NCBI GenBank assembly: GCA_020891255.1
Contig: BQFW01000004.1
Location: 2,170,001-2,234,000 of the forward strand
Source: Entomortierella parvispora E1425
Taxonomy: Eukaryota > Fungi > Mortierellomycota
Length of the DNA stretch: 64,000 bases
Direction: 5' to 3'
Shown: piece after piece, positions 46,760 to 58,554 of the stretch
How the letters are laid out: each line of letters begins with the position of its first letter
Numbering within the stretch: position 1 is the stretch's first letter
The notes under the pieces: generated by a model
Seen by the model: only the letters and a program-made list of their open reading frames with translations
The model's database searches: none
Told to the model about the DNA's origin: nothing
Position numbers and translations under genes: made by a program

Positions 46760-48649
46760 CTATACATCGTGGCGGTGGCCCTTGGGTTGTCTTGAGATCC
46801 GAACGCAGACACGGCCACCCGGTCCAGCCGCGTATCCGTCTACAAGCAAAAGTTTCGTCGGGTCCTTGGACATTAAAGCCTCGTCCAGTGCGCTGTTCAA
46901 ATGCCTGTCGTTCGAGACAGTGTCCTGCAGAGACAAAAGACCGCTCTCGCGACTGGTATCGACCATCATCACATTCGTGTTCTCGAGGAAGAACTCTTCC
47001 TGCAGCCCATAGCGCTGACTCTGCTGGTACATCTTTCTCTGTAGCCTTTGGTCCTCTGCGTGTTGCTTGAGATCGGTCAGGATAGTGGCACCAGGCACCG
47101 GGTACAGGTGAGATCCGAGACTGCAGCCGACGCCGCTTCCTTTGGTCTGGGACATGTCCACGAGGCCAGCCTCGGGCATCCGATCGATCATGGCATACTG
47201 GCGCTTGATGGCCAACCAGGCCAAACGGAGGAGATCATTTCCTTGCGATCCCAAAAAGGATTCGAATTGGTCCATGTCCTGCCCTGTCAACCATTCCCAG
47301 GCTACGAAGAGACCCTTCCAAGATTCCTTGTGCTTCAACGCTACAGCACTCCAGGACTGCACATGAGCATCGGGGATGCAGTCTGTCTGAGCAATGGGCC
47401 AAATCGGGCTATCGTGGGCGGGGGACATAGTGGGGTGCTGCCAAAAGACGGCACCGGTTTGTACAAATTGGTCCTGTTGAAAGACCACTCGAGGCGACTG
47501 CAGTGGCAGAGTTGTGGGCGAATAAAAGATGATGTCTTCAAATCCAGAGTTGATCAGAGCCGCGACGGTCAATGCCTTTTGGAGCTGTGCCGGACTGGGG
47601 TCTCTGGCCTTGAAATCCTCAATGTCACCGAGAGTGATGGCAGGATCTGTCGTTCCTGTAACACTGTCGTTCTCAGGAGTCTCTACAATAGCATCTGCAG
47701 CTGTCGAGCTGTCATCGTCCAGGGCACGAATAAGGGTTCCCCACTCGGCCAAGGACTGGTGAAGTTCTGCTGTGATGTCCTCTACGGACTCGAACCAGAC
47801 CTCGATGGGAATGGTGGAGAGGCCTCGAAGCATCTTGATCTGCAACAACAGATCCTCGATCATGGTCTCTCGATCGTCCTCACCCTCCCGGAAAAACGCC
47901 GTGAGGACCACTCCTTGACCGATCCATCCTGCGTTGTAATCCTTAAAGTTGGGCAGGATTTCCTTCAGACGCCTCTTCCAGCTAAGGGACATTTCCCAGG
48001 CATCTTCGCGATTGACCGTGCTCCAGCTCTGATCGCGGTTTCGTTCACGCTCCTTTTTGATCCCGGCGGATAATCCTTTTTCATCAAAGGCGCGCTCGCA
48101 CTCGGAGCGTCCAAAGTCGCGAATCATAAAGATGGATTTCAAACTCATATCGGATCCATCAGGGTTCTTGTAGACGATAGGCTCCTTCTTGGCGGCGACA
48201 GCTGGTTTGTTGTTATTGGTGACGATATGGTTGTTGTCGCTGCTGTCGGCACTTTTCTTGTACGAGGAGAGCAAGTCCTTTGTGGAGACTTGGACGTCCC
48301 AGGAGGACAAAAAGTAGATCAAGACAATAACAGATCCGGCACATAGCATGGCCAGCATGCTACGTCTCCTGCGAGGGGCCCCATGGACGATGGAGGGGCA
48401 CATCCGGGCGACTCTAGCCTTGAGCGTTCGATTCCGATGTTGGGTCTGGAGTGGGTTCAAAAGTAAGGAACTCGGCCGCTTCGATCCACTGTTGCTGTTA
48501 ATGGACGACTTGATGGCGGCGGTGTGTGCGGATGGCAGGGCTCCAGTCCCGGCCATGACGTGCCCATAGCTACTGAGGCGTCTTGGGTTGACGCTTTGTG
48601 AGAACGAGGCCGAGGAGGTGATGGAGCCTCGCTTCTGGTTGAAGGACAT
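46760..48649 (-). CDS. GT71 (MNN2/MNN1-type alpha-mannosyltransferase) family type II membrane protein with degenerate catalytic motifs, intronless
   Basis: TM anchor MLAMLCAGSVIVLIYFLSSW, then GQGVVLTA, IPIEVWF, KALTVAALINSGFEDIIFYSPTTLPLQSP...FVQTGAVFW and SWKGLF. Confidence 0.8.
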   Translation of the reverse strand: MSFNQKRGSITSSASFSQSVNPRRLSSYGHVMAGTGALPSAHTAAIKSSINSNSGSKRPSSLLLNPLQTQHRNRTLKARVARMCPSIVHGAPRRRRSMLAMLCAGSVIVLIYFLSSWDVQVSTKDLLSSYKKSADSSDNNHIVTNNNKPAVAAKKEPIVYKNPDGSDMSLKSIFMIRDFGRSECERAFDEKGLSAGIKKERERNRDQSWSTVNREDAWEMSLSWKRRLKEILPNFKDYNAGWIGQGVVLTAFFREGEDDRETMIEDLLLQIKMLRGLSTIPIEVWFESVEDITAELHQSLAEWGTLIRALDDDSSTAADAIVETPENDSVTGTTDPAITLGDIEDFKARDPSPAQLQKALTVAALINSGFEDIIFYSPTTLPLQSPRVVFQQDQFVQTGAVFWQHPTMSPAHDSPIWPIAQTDCIPDAHVQSWSAVALKHKESWKGLFVAWEWLTGQDMDQFESFLGSQGNDLLRLAWLAIKRQYAMIDRMPEAGLVDMSQTKGSGVGCSLGSHLYPVPGATILTDLKQHAEDQRLQRKMYQQSQRYGLQEEFFLENTNVMMVDTSRESGLLSLQDTVSNDRHLNSALDEALMSKDPTKLLLVDGYAAGPGGRVCVRISRQPKGHRHDV

Positions 48650-49180
48650 GGCGGAGGAAAGCTTGACAGGCTTAGTGGCTGCTCAACTGGTCGGTTGTCC
48701 TGTTTTGTCAATGGAGCAAGCAAACGTGTCCACTTGCAGAGATGAATGCAGATGAGGACAGATGAAGATGAGGGATGAAGATGAGGATGAGAATGAGAGA
48801 GAGAGATGATGACAGAAAAGAAGAAAGAAAAAGGAGAAAAAAGAGAGAAGAAGAAGAAAAAAAAAAAAAAAAAAAAAAAGGAACCAGAACCAGAATCCCT
48901 AGAGTTCAAAGAGTCAGAGACAAGATCGAAATAACGTTAAGTTACGTTGAGTGCTCTCTGTTGGTGGTCTTCTTTGTTGGTCTACAAACACAACTCTCTC
49001 TCGCGTTGCTCTCTGCTGCTCCTCTCTCTCTCTCTCTCTCTCTTTCCTTGTTCCATGGTGGGTTCCATTCATGATCAATGTCCATTTAGCCGTAACTGCA
49101 CATACAATAAGAGATCCCTGTTGGCCTGCTCCTTGAAGGAGGACCGACCTTCGACGCGTCCAGGCACAGGCACAAACACG

Positions 49181-49316
49181 GACACACAGAGACACACACA
49201 CAGAGACACACACACACAGAGACACACACACACAGAGACACACACACAGAGACACACACACACAGAGACACACACACAGAGACACACACACACAGAGACA
49301 CACACACAGAGAGAGA
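49181..49316 (+). repeat. Compound (CA)n/(GA)n minisatellite with a CACACACAGAGA-type unit
   Basis: Direct reading shows about 10 alternating units. Confidence 0.92.
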
Positions 49317-49580
49317 GACCAAAGAGAACAAGCAGTAGAGAGAGAAAGAGAGAAGAGAAGAAAGAAAGAAAGAAAGGAGAAACGAACCACCCGTCAGGCA
49401 CGGCACGGCACAGAAGCAGCGAACCAAAGAAGAGCCAAAGAGCCCAGCCATAAAATCTTCCGGCAATCGCACCGTTTCTTTGTTCCTTCTTTTTTGCCCC
49501 CCACATCCCCTTCCCATATCCATCACATCACACTCGCGCATTTATCACACAATCATTTCACACCATCGCTTCACACACCA

Positions 49581-49642
49581 TCACTCACTCACTCACTCAC
49601 TCACTCACTCACTCACTCACTCACTCACTCACTCACTCACTC
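49581..49642 (+). repeat. (TCAC)n tetranucleotide microsatellite
   Basis: About 15 perfect units. Confidence 0.93.
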
Positions 49643-49792
49643 ACTCACTCACTCACTCACTCAGCCCTGTTTCTGTTCTGTTCTGTTCTGTTCAGCCCTG
49701 TCTCTCTCTCTCTCTCTCTCCCTCTCTCTCACCCTCTCCCTCTCCCTCTCCCTCACCCTCTCCCTCTCTCTCACCCTTCAACCGACACCGCC

Positions 49793-51282
49793 ATGCAGTC
49801 GGCTACCATGCAGCAGGCTATCATCTCTAGGGCTACCGTCCGCACCCTGCCACCGTAAGACTTGCTCTCTAGAAAATAGACCAAACAGCCGGGACTGACT
49901 GACTGACCGGTCATGGACTGCTGCTCAATTGAACCATCATCCATTCCATTCAGCTCACCTTGCTCATCGCCACTGTAACATGCCTCTGCCTCTGCCTCTG
50001 CCTCTCTCCCACTCGCTCCATTAGATGGGCCAACGAGGAGGACCCTTCCGGCTCTCCAGCCCTAGACACACCTTCCTCCACACCCCCCGCAATCTCCGCC
50101 GGCAGCACCAACGGCCCTGCTGCAACCTCAATCCTCCACCTATCCACTCCATCTCAATCCTCCATTCCTTCACCTTTATCTCATACCCAACAATGGTCCC
50201 AGTTTGCAACCATGAGTCAAATCTCGACAATATCCGAACGGGCATCGAGGACACCAGACACCTCTTCCGACACCACCACCCTCCTTCAGCTGCAGGAGGA
50301 TGCAGATACCCCTTCTGACTCGAGGTTCCGACGGTTGCCCCAACGGTTGGATAAAATCTTTGGAGGTAGCGCTCGTGCCTCTGCTGCAGGAGGTGCGTCC
50401 AACTCTAACACCATTGGGCCCTTGCCCTCCACAACCTGTAGTTGCGATTGCAATTGCCTAAAGCACAGGAAAACCACAACGAGAACGCGACAGAGTTGGC
50501 GGACAGGAGAGTCTTCCCAAAACTTGTTGTCACGGAAACAAACAGCAAAACGTGAGCGCGAGGCCTCCCTGGGCTACCCTACAGGCGAATGTGTCTCCTC
50601 AACGGCACCTCTAGTGACCAATTGGGATCAGTTGGGGGGTGAAGACGAAAAACTGGCGGAATCCAAGGGTCTGGCGGACTATTTCACAAACGAAGCTTTC
50701 AATCTGGATGCCATCAAACTGCTGTTGGCTTCACCTTTGTTCTCCAACTTTCTCAAAATTTTGACGGTCATGGCTGCAGTATCGCTTTTCGCCATTGCCC
50801 TGGATGCCATCATTCTTCTTCAGAATGCAACCGAGGATGAAAAGACGCTGACTCAACTCTGGAACGACAGTGCAGCGTTGGTGATCACGATTGTCTTTTC
50901 GCTCTGTACGATCCTTTACTCTTGTCTAAACATCTATTTGGACTCTAGACGGTCGCCCGAGGGTTTGGTCGAGAGTCGGACGGAATCAAAGCCGTTATTC
51001 ATCATCTTTTCAGAGATCATGGCCTCGATTGCTTGGGCACAGGTCCTGAGCGTGACTATTTACATTTACATTTGGACATTTGGCTGCACAGAAGCAGGGG
51101 AGCGACAATTGGAGAAGCTATGGAAACAAAACTTGGACGCAGACCACCGACTCAACGCCCGGATGTGTCGACGTCAAGGCGCAATGGTCGGGCTTGAGCT
51201 GCTCTTGATTCTTTTGTTGATCTTCAACTTTTATACCCACCTTTCACAAAACTTTCAGTTCATCCGATCTGTTTCCCGCTAG
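49793..51282 (+). CDS. Hypothetical membrane protein with a disordered N-terminus and about 4 C-terminal TM helices (MARVEL-like layout), 2 exons
   Basis: ACCGCC-ATG exon 49793-49854, a phase-2 GTAAGA..TAG intron (49855-50024) and a long exon. Hydrophobic segments are LTVMAAVSLFAIAL, LVITIVFSLCTILY, LFIIFSEIMASIAW..IYIW and GLELLLILLLIFNFY. Confidence 0.75.
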
Positions 51283-51428
51283 AAAAAAAGATCGAATGCG
51301 ACTACAGTACAGTGCCATGCTTTCTGATCGTTTAGTGCTGTGGGCGAAATAAAAAAAAAGGACCGATCCCTGTTCATCTTCAGCCCGCTGTCGACTTGTT
51401 GTAGGCTCTCTTGATTTGACTTTGTTTG

Positions 51429-51948
51429 TCAACTCCTCGGGATTTCCTGGCGACAAATAGAATTGTTGGCTTTTCGATTCTCTTTTATCTCTTCTTCATC
51501 CTCCACCACTTTCCCTTCCTCCTCTTGTTCTTCTTCACCCTCTTCTGCTCTTTTCAGAACTATAAGATCTGTCAGACAACATTACAGTCAACTCGTTGAG
51601 TATTAAACTCAGCTATCCTGTCGTCACCACAGGACTCTACTTCTCTTACTGCTGAGCAGAAGGGCGCGTTCGAGGAAGAACACCAGCAGAAGGACGTGGA
51701 AATCCTAGAGGAGGAAAGGTAGCTGGGCACCTTTTGGTCCTGTCGACGGCCCACTTCAAGATCTTGTACTGTGCTCGGTGTGCTCATTTGAAAATAAATA
51801 TACCAAATTGACAGAAATGCGTAAAGCAGGAGTGCATCTATGAATACTCGAAAGAATTCCTCTGTCTATTTCCTCTGTTTTCGCTCACCTCAAAATCAGA
51901 GTGGAGGTTCCCAGGATGCGAAGCTTGAGCCGCCTCCCCTTCAATCAT
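51429..51948 (-). CDS. Candidate 81-aa three-exon protein (hydrophobic core, Glu-rich tail)
   Basis: Exons 51948-51889, 51704-51650 and 51559-51429 join in phase through GTGAGC..TAG and GTAAGA..TAG introns. The product is MIEGEAAQASHPGNLHSDFE|DFHVLLLVFFLERALLLS|ILKRAEEGEEEQEEEG...*. Confidence 0.35.
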
Positions 51949-54918
51949 CTCGACCGGTCTTTAATCCACTGGTCGCACCTTTTCCTTCGAATTTCTCAAG
52001 CAAGAGCGAAAAATCCTCGAAGCGTCGCCTATTCCCGTGTACTTTACAACGTGGCTCTTACCATGGAAGACACACAAAAAGAAAATAGCTGTTTGGTTGT
52101 TTGGTTCGTGTTTGGAAGGCATCGCCTCCATGTCGACATCATTTACTTCTTCTTCCAATTCCAGGCCACCATTTGCGCGCAAGGTTTACTCCGCCAGCCT
52201 CTATAGTTCAGGGAGAAAGGAAATGAAACCGATCATGCAGTTGGGTGTTTTGGAAAGCAGACTCCTGCAACAGATCGCCGTTGTCTGCTGCGGACATCCA
52301 AAGACCTGGAGGCCGCGTGCTGCCCTACTATGATGTCCAGATCACTCTATGCTTTTGGGAATCTTGGTCCTGACACAATAGACATGCCACCATTGCTCCG
52401 AGATCGAGAAACTGGCATTAGACCCTGTCGTGGAAGAATTGGGGAGAAGTTGAGAGACAAGCCAACAATGACAGCCTTGCTATCGGCCCCTTCAGTTCAT
52501 CATTATAGACATGTAGGAGCAATGTCTACAAGAGACTCTCTCCAGCCGGCCCAGTCCATCCACTTCTACCTGCAGAGGCAATGGTTAGTTTACTTCTTGC
52601 CTGCGACGGAGAAGCGGAAGAGCTGTGAAGGAGACAAAGGAACACGATCCTCTGCACGTGATGCACGCGGTCGCGAACTTTTTTTTGTCCGCACAGCTGG
52701 ATTCCACAGACAGATCTGCATGCTGTGGAACAATGGTCTTTTTTTTTTTTGCGCGCGCGCATGCTGAACAAACAAAGCATTTGCCCAAGGGCACAGATCC
52801 GTGCAGCTCACCAGCAGCAACCGAGTATCGTGCACCTCTCCTGCGATGCATCCCCTTCATTCCCTGCCTCTGTCAGTTGCAAGGAGGGGGAAAGAGGTGC
52901 GAACCTCTTTGCATTGCAGCCAAGAAGTATGCCTCTCATTCTTTTTCGTCTCTACATGACATACGAGAGCGACAGCTACAATACCACCAAAAAACGAGCG
53001 AGTTAAGTGGCCCTCCTCCGTCCTTCCTCCGTCCGTGCGCATGGACTGCGTCACTTTTTTCCTTCCTCGTCCAAAAGAAGCCAAATCCTTCATCCCACAG
53101 ACCTTTTCACCATCCAATGAGGTCAATGGCTTAACTTCTCCCTCCCTCTTCGTCTCCCTCTCTCTGTGAGGCATTTTGACAGCGGGCCTTTGCAACCTGG
53201 TCATGCCTGCCTTTTGGCTCTTCGCCTCGTGTCTACCCGATTGCTGAAAGCCAAAAGAGTCCGTCCGACTGCGTGCAGCGTCTTACAATATGGTCGGATT
53301 CATTTGGGTCAAAAAAAGCCGTTGATCTCAGCCGGCAACTTGCAAAAAAAAAGAGGGTCTTTCTCAAGAAGCTTCAAGGTAACTCTGTGGTAGGCATATA
53401 AGTCATACCCTCTACTTGCCATCCTCACTTGGTGTATTCGCTTGCCACTCTCACTCGGTATACTCGCCGGCCATCCTCACTCGGTATGCTCATTTCGCTG
53501 TGATCCATGCCAGAGAGAGGAAGAGAGAAGACATAGGGGTGTACCGACCACTTGGCCATCAGGGCACGCCCCTCTCCCTTCCTCCGCCAGCCAATCAGCC
53601 AGAACATATAATAAAAGACAAGACTGAATTGGATTGAATTGGTTTGGGTTGTTTGTGGTCGCACATGCTGTTGGCGCGTCCAAAATGATCAAAATGTCTG
53701 CCGGCGAATGATGCTGCTCCTCTCATTATTTGCAGAGACGGCACTGGGACCAAGATGGGACCCACCTGTCCCCTCTTCCTCTCGGATTCTGACAACAAGC
53801 ACCTCTCAGGACTTTGGTATAAGCAACATTTGACCTCGGTCTCTGAAAGAATCGCCTTCATCGACCTGTCAGCCAAACGTGAACCAAGAAAAAAAACCAA
53901 AAAAAAAAAAAAAAAAAAAACAGACTCCGGCCGAGGAAGACGGGTCCAAGGCCAGGCCCAAGCACCTGCTTTCATGCCCCTCCGTTGTTTTTCGTGTGTC
54001 GTGTGTTCTCTGTTGCCACTGTTTTCTGTTTTTTTTTCATTTTTTGTATTCCATTGTATTGTTTCTATTTAATTTTCTGTGTCAGCATTGGGTCCGTCAC
54101 ATTGGCTTGACCATGGCCATGTTTTTTCAATATAAGGTGTGCATTCTCTCTCTCTCTGTTTTTGATCCTCGTTCTCTCTTTGCTTCGCTATTGTCGCTTC
54201 AGCGTTCAAACTTGAGAATACTGCCCTCTTCCAGAGAACACCATCCTTGCTGCTGCCCTCCCCTGCATCTTTTGCCGGCAACATTTACATTGGACACTTC
54301 TCTGACCCCAGGTATGATACTCCACCACTCCCCATCCCCCTCCCCCTCACACACGCTTCCCTTCCTCCATAGCACTGCTTGGAACTAACGCTCCATTTAC
54401 ACCCCTCCTCCTCCTATCTCCTCCTTCACTAGCTGCTCGCTCTGTCTGGTTTCTTGCCTGCAAGCCGCCCTCTCGCCTGACGCCCTGTCTGCATTCTTGC
54501 CATCGCGCTTGACACACGTCCTCTTGCCCCCGATCGAAGGTATGGTCCTCTCTCAACTGCTTTTTGCGGCATCACTTGTGTGTTCGTAGCCCCAAGTCCC
54601 CCACTCACCGTTTTTCCTATTTCTCTTTCTCTCTCTTAGCCAGCAGTCTCTCCTCGGTCCCGTGCATACCCTTCCATCCGTTACGCCTTGATTTCCCCAG
54701 CTACAGGTATGTGAACTACTTTCTATCTATCATTTCACTTCCACAAACACACTTCTCCCTCCACCAATCCTTCTTGAACATGTTTGACATCCTTGTTTGT
54801 ATGCCCCCTCCTTTTTGTATGCTTTATTAACTTTTTTTTTTTCCCATTGTTTTCCACTATCATCTTCATCATCATGTCCTGCTCTCATTTTTGATCTTTA
54901 GCCTGTCGAACATCTGCC

Positions 54919-56583
54919 ATGTCTTCTTCGTCTTCGTCGTCTACCACTGCACAAGGTGCCGTAGCTGCAGTCAGACCTGTACGCTTCTTGCCCGAGTCCT
55001 TGGGACCTCTCGCTCTGTTGCCTTCCGAAGTCCATGGCATCATTGCCAATCACCTCTCCACACCTGATCTCGCGTCCTGTGTGAGGGTGAGCCATGGCTT
55101 CCGCAACATCTGGATCCACTACATGTTTCGCGACATGAGGCTGATCGAGCCGAGACAGTCTGAGTTATTTCAACTCAATTCGACAACGACCTTCAAGAGG
55201 CATTGCCGGCTCACGCGGTCCTTCGTGAGTTTTCGTCTGATGGAAGACGGCGCGATCCTGCGGGATTCCGGTTGTACCAGTCTTCGCCGCCTTGATCTTC
55301 GACTTCCGTTGGAGGGGGAGGTTGTTGATGTACGAGCCGTAGTCGAGTTGCTGGGAGACGTGCTGCGCACGAACTCCCGCCTGAACCATGTCGCCTGCAC
55401 TGGTCGGCTCGACTGGACAGCAGTCTTAGACCTGCTGTCTAGCAGCAATCCGATTTCTTACTTGTACTTCAACTTCGTTGGAGCAGACCTCGCGGAAGTA
55501 TCAAGTCCACCTGGTGCACAGTCCTCGGCAATGACTCGAAAACTGCCGGCCCTCAAGAAATTGTCCCTTGTCAGCTTTCCAGGATCAAGCAGCGGCTATT
55601 TGGTCCTCCTTCGGGAGTGTTCGCGACTCGAGACGGTTCGATGGAAGCTGGTCGGTGCTTGGGCGCCTTCCGATAAGGTCAAGGAGGAGCTCTCCGAGCT
55701 TCTGAAGAACGTCCGGAGCTTGTCTTGGGAGGGCATGGAGATTGACGAGGAGGCGCTGGGGGAGATGTTGGCTCTGGGAACAGAGACCAAGAGGGTGACC
55801 ATCTCCGCCCCGATCGTCAGATCTTTCGCTCCCATTGCCAACAGAGCAGCGTCGTTCAAGTCTCTTACTCTTCGCGGAGTTCTCAGTTTGTTTAGTTCCG
55901 AGTTGCAGCGGTTTCTCGAGAATGCCACAACCTTGGAAAAGTTGTGTGCTCTGCCTTTGAGGATCGTCGAGAAGAGGCATGTTCGACTGTTGGCCAGGAA
56001 CTTTCACGATCGCGGAGGAACGGTGGATCTTGTCTTGGACGGTGTTGATGGCTCAGGCTTGCGATGGGGTTGTGCAATGACTCTCACGCGCCTGGAGGTC
56101 CTCATCGAGCGACGATATCCCACTCGTGTGGACGGAACGAGCGCGGTTACGGAGGGTCAATCGATGCCTCTCTCGGCCGAGTGCTGGCTGGAGCACCAGA
56201 TGGTGTACGAGCAGCTGGGTCAGTTGGTGAACCTCCGTCATCTGCGGTTGGGGCAGATGATGGCGCCGAGATCGGTTGGCGGCGAAGAAGAGCGTGGAGG
56301 ATATCAGACAAATTGTCTGTTGTTCTCCGTGGAGTCTGAACTTGGTCCTTTGCATGGCATGAGGGCTATCCAGACTCTAGACGTTCGATGGATCGCGCAC
56401 GAGATCGGTCGCCCGGAGCTAGACTGGATGCACAACAACTTGCCGAAGTTGAGAGTTGTTGTTGGCGTTGCTGATACCCCCCCGCACGCTGATCGACTAT
56501 GGCGTCATCGATCCGCAGGTGCCAAGGCATGGATGGATGAACATCCTCGAGGAGTCGGCCGTGATCATTACGAGCAGCAATAG
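54919..56583 (+). CDS. F-box/RNI-like LRR protein (554 aa), separate subfamily from the tandem array
   Basis: LALLPSEVHGIIANHLSTPDLASCVRVSHGF (F-box), LRWGCAMTLTRLEV, VYEQLGQLVNLRHLRLG, LLFSVESELGPL and IGRPELDWMHNNLPKL. Confidence 0.87.
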   Translation: MSSSSSSSTTAQGAVAAVRPVRFLPESLGPLALLPSEVHGIIANHLSTPDLASCVRVSHGFRNIWIHYMFRDMRLIEPRQSELFQLNSTTTFKRHCRLTRSFVSFRLMEDGAILRDSGCTSLRRLDLRLPLEGEVVDVRAVVELLGDVLRTNSRLNHVACTGRLDWTAVLDLLSSSNPISYLYFNFVGADLAEVSSPPGAQSSAMTRKLPALKKLSLVSFPGSSSGYLVLLRECSRLETVRWKLVGAWAPSDKVKEELSELLKNVRSLSWEGMEIDEEALGEMLALGTETKRVTISAPIVRSFAPIANRAASFKSLTLRGVLSLFSSELQRFLENATTLEKLCALPLRIVEKRHVRLLARNFHDRGGTVDLVLDGVDGSGLRWGCAMTLTRLEVLIERRYPTRVDGTSAVTEGQSMPLSAECWLEHQMVYEQLGQLVNLRHLRLGQMMAPRSVGGEEERGGYQTNCLLFSVESELGPLHGMRAIQTLDVRWIAHEIGRPELDWMHNNLPKLRVVVGVADTPPHADRLWRHRSAGAKAWMDEHPRGVGRDHYEQQ

Positions 56584-57377
56584 CCGCTGTATTCTTCCTG
56601 TATTTTTATTTGTATTTGTATCCGTCTTTGTATTTTGTGTCCGTCTTTTTTGTGTTTGTAGCTTTCCTTGGTTTTCTGGCACCAGGCCATTCTTTTCTCT
56701 TCTTCAACTTATTTTGCTCCATACGCTCGTTGTTTCGCCTCACTGGCTGCTTACTTCATGTTTTTTCTTCTATATTTCTTTGTTCCTTCACACTCTGTTC
56801 TGCCACTCATTCTGCCATAATTTGGCCTTTGAAAATAAATGTGTCGGTTGATGTGCAAACAAACCCATCTCGAAGTCTCCAGGTCTGTTTCCATCTTGAC
56901 CAATTCAATTGCCTGGTGATCACTTATGAAGTTCCGGTAATTCCTCAAAGACTGACATGCGCAATTGCATGCCGAAAACATGATCGATATGACCCTGAAC
57001 AAAACTCGACGAGCGATGGCGACCTCGAGAGAAGTCGTGAGTTACAGTTCAGCGATCTTGTAGCCCATACTCAGCGCAAATTTTTGAAGCAGAGTTGGTA
57101 ACGACTTGGTTGGCACCTGCGGGGACTTGCACATTTCAATGCCTAAAGCTACTTTTTGAGTCAATATGGAACAAATGTTGCATTGTCTCTTGAATGCAGT
57201 TCTATATGGTGGTTGTAGACAGCGTTGGGGTGAAGGTGGATATCGAATGGTACTGGAGGCAAGTCTGATAGATCGAAGGGCTTGTTTAACGTTTAAGAGC
57301 CACCAAAGGATACAAGCCAGCATCTCTCCAAAAGTGCCTTCACAAAGACGCGAGCGAGAAATGAAAAACCAGGCGAC

Positions 57378-57995
57378 TCATGTATCACGTGCAAGAGGGA
57401 CGAGAAAAGACAAAACGAACGCGCCTCCATTCGCTTCTTCTTCACCTTTGCCCTCATTCCGTCCTGTCCCCTTTACCTCGCCTTAGATTGCCACACTCTC
57501 TCCGCAGACACCATTGGCTGCATTCTCTCACAACCCGTACAAGGAAGCAAAAAGACCTGGGTTCTCATGTTGTTCATTGTTTGTTTCATGTTGCATGTCG
57601 CGTTTGCTCATTATTTGTTTTTTTGTACCTTCGCCCAAGTCTTTTGCACCCCTCTTGTCAGTCACTGCACCCTCTTATCCCCCTTCCCCAGTGCGCCTTG
57701 ACATGGAACTCTATGGTACTCCCCTCGACTCGTTTCGTCGAACATGTCTAAATTCGGATCTTTAGCCGGGAGGCTGAGGGGACTATGACTAACGGCAATC
57801 TTGGAGCACTGTGGGGTGTATACCGCTGCTAGAGGGTTGACCAGGTAGAGTATAAGGTAAGTGGGGCGCGATGGTCTGCCGCCTGCTCGTTGGCGCGCCC
57901 TGCACAGCGTGTCTTTCCTTTGAGGGAAGCAAGCTGACTGAGAGCAGACCAGTAAATAGACTGCGCCTCAATAAATGATATGGTATCCAACAACG
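57378..57995 (+). repeat. Left arm of a ~620-bp inverted duplication
   Basis: Reverse complement of about 58555-59172, roughly 95% identical by eye in the core. Confidence 0.95.
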
Positions 57996-58554
57996 ACAAA
58001 ATGAACGCAGCTTTTTGGGATAACAGACAGTGGCGCGAGGACTTGAGGAAAAGGAGCCGCTGTTGCCTCGCTCTAGGGTCCCTCATCGTCTTAGTTCACT
58101 GTTGTCTCAAGATGCGCAATCAATGATAGAGCTGTGATGCTAAGCAAAAGCTCAATTCCACGAATGTCCCTGCTCAGGACACAAGTTGCGCCAGGCCCAT
58201 TATGTTGACTCAGAGGGCCCAGTGGCACTTTAGGACCCTTCCAACGCATTTCCTAGAACACAGAGGTTTGCTGAACTCATCGAATCTTGGAGGGTTTTTT
58301 TTTCTCTAGAATCTATGAACAAAGGACAAATCCTTGCGAGTAACTTTGATGAGGATGAAGACACATTTTCCACGGCTCCATTCACCTCTATCGTGGCCTC
58401 ACTTTCAATCATGAATACTCCCTATGCAATGTGTTCTTTTTCGATACGGCTTTAGGGCTATCAAAGAAAAGTGGAGATCGGTCATTGGAAGGGAGCTGGT
58501 AACCTGGGGCGCTTTTGCACAAGCATCGCTCTGTCTTTCATCACACTATCAAAT

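Noticed and set aside
47048-48073. 341-aa plus-strand ORF
   Set aside because: Antisense shadow of the GT71-like gene, with no motif.
49181-49760. Repeat arrays as CRISPR, and the ORFs they generate
   Set aside because: They are simple microsatellites without unique spacers, in a eukaryotic context.
52330-54400. Many 60-170-aa ORFs in the long intergenic region
   Set aside because: They are driven by homopolymers and low complexity, with no consistent splice model or motif.
56800-57360. Minus-strand GHIDHVFGM resembling a metallo-beta-lactamase motif
   Set aside because: It is a single short match within a stop-interrupted frame, and no other MBL motifs were found.
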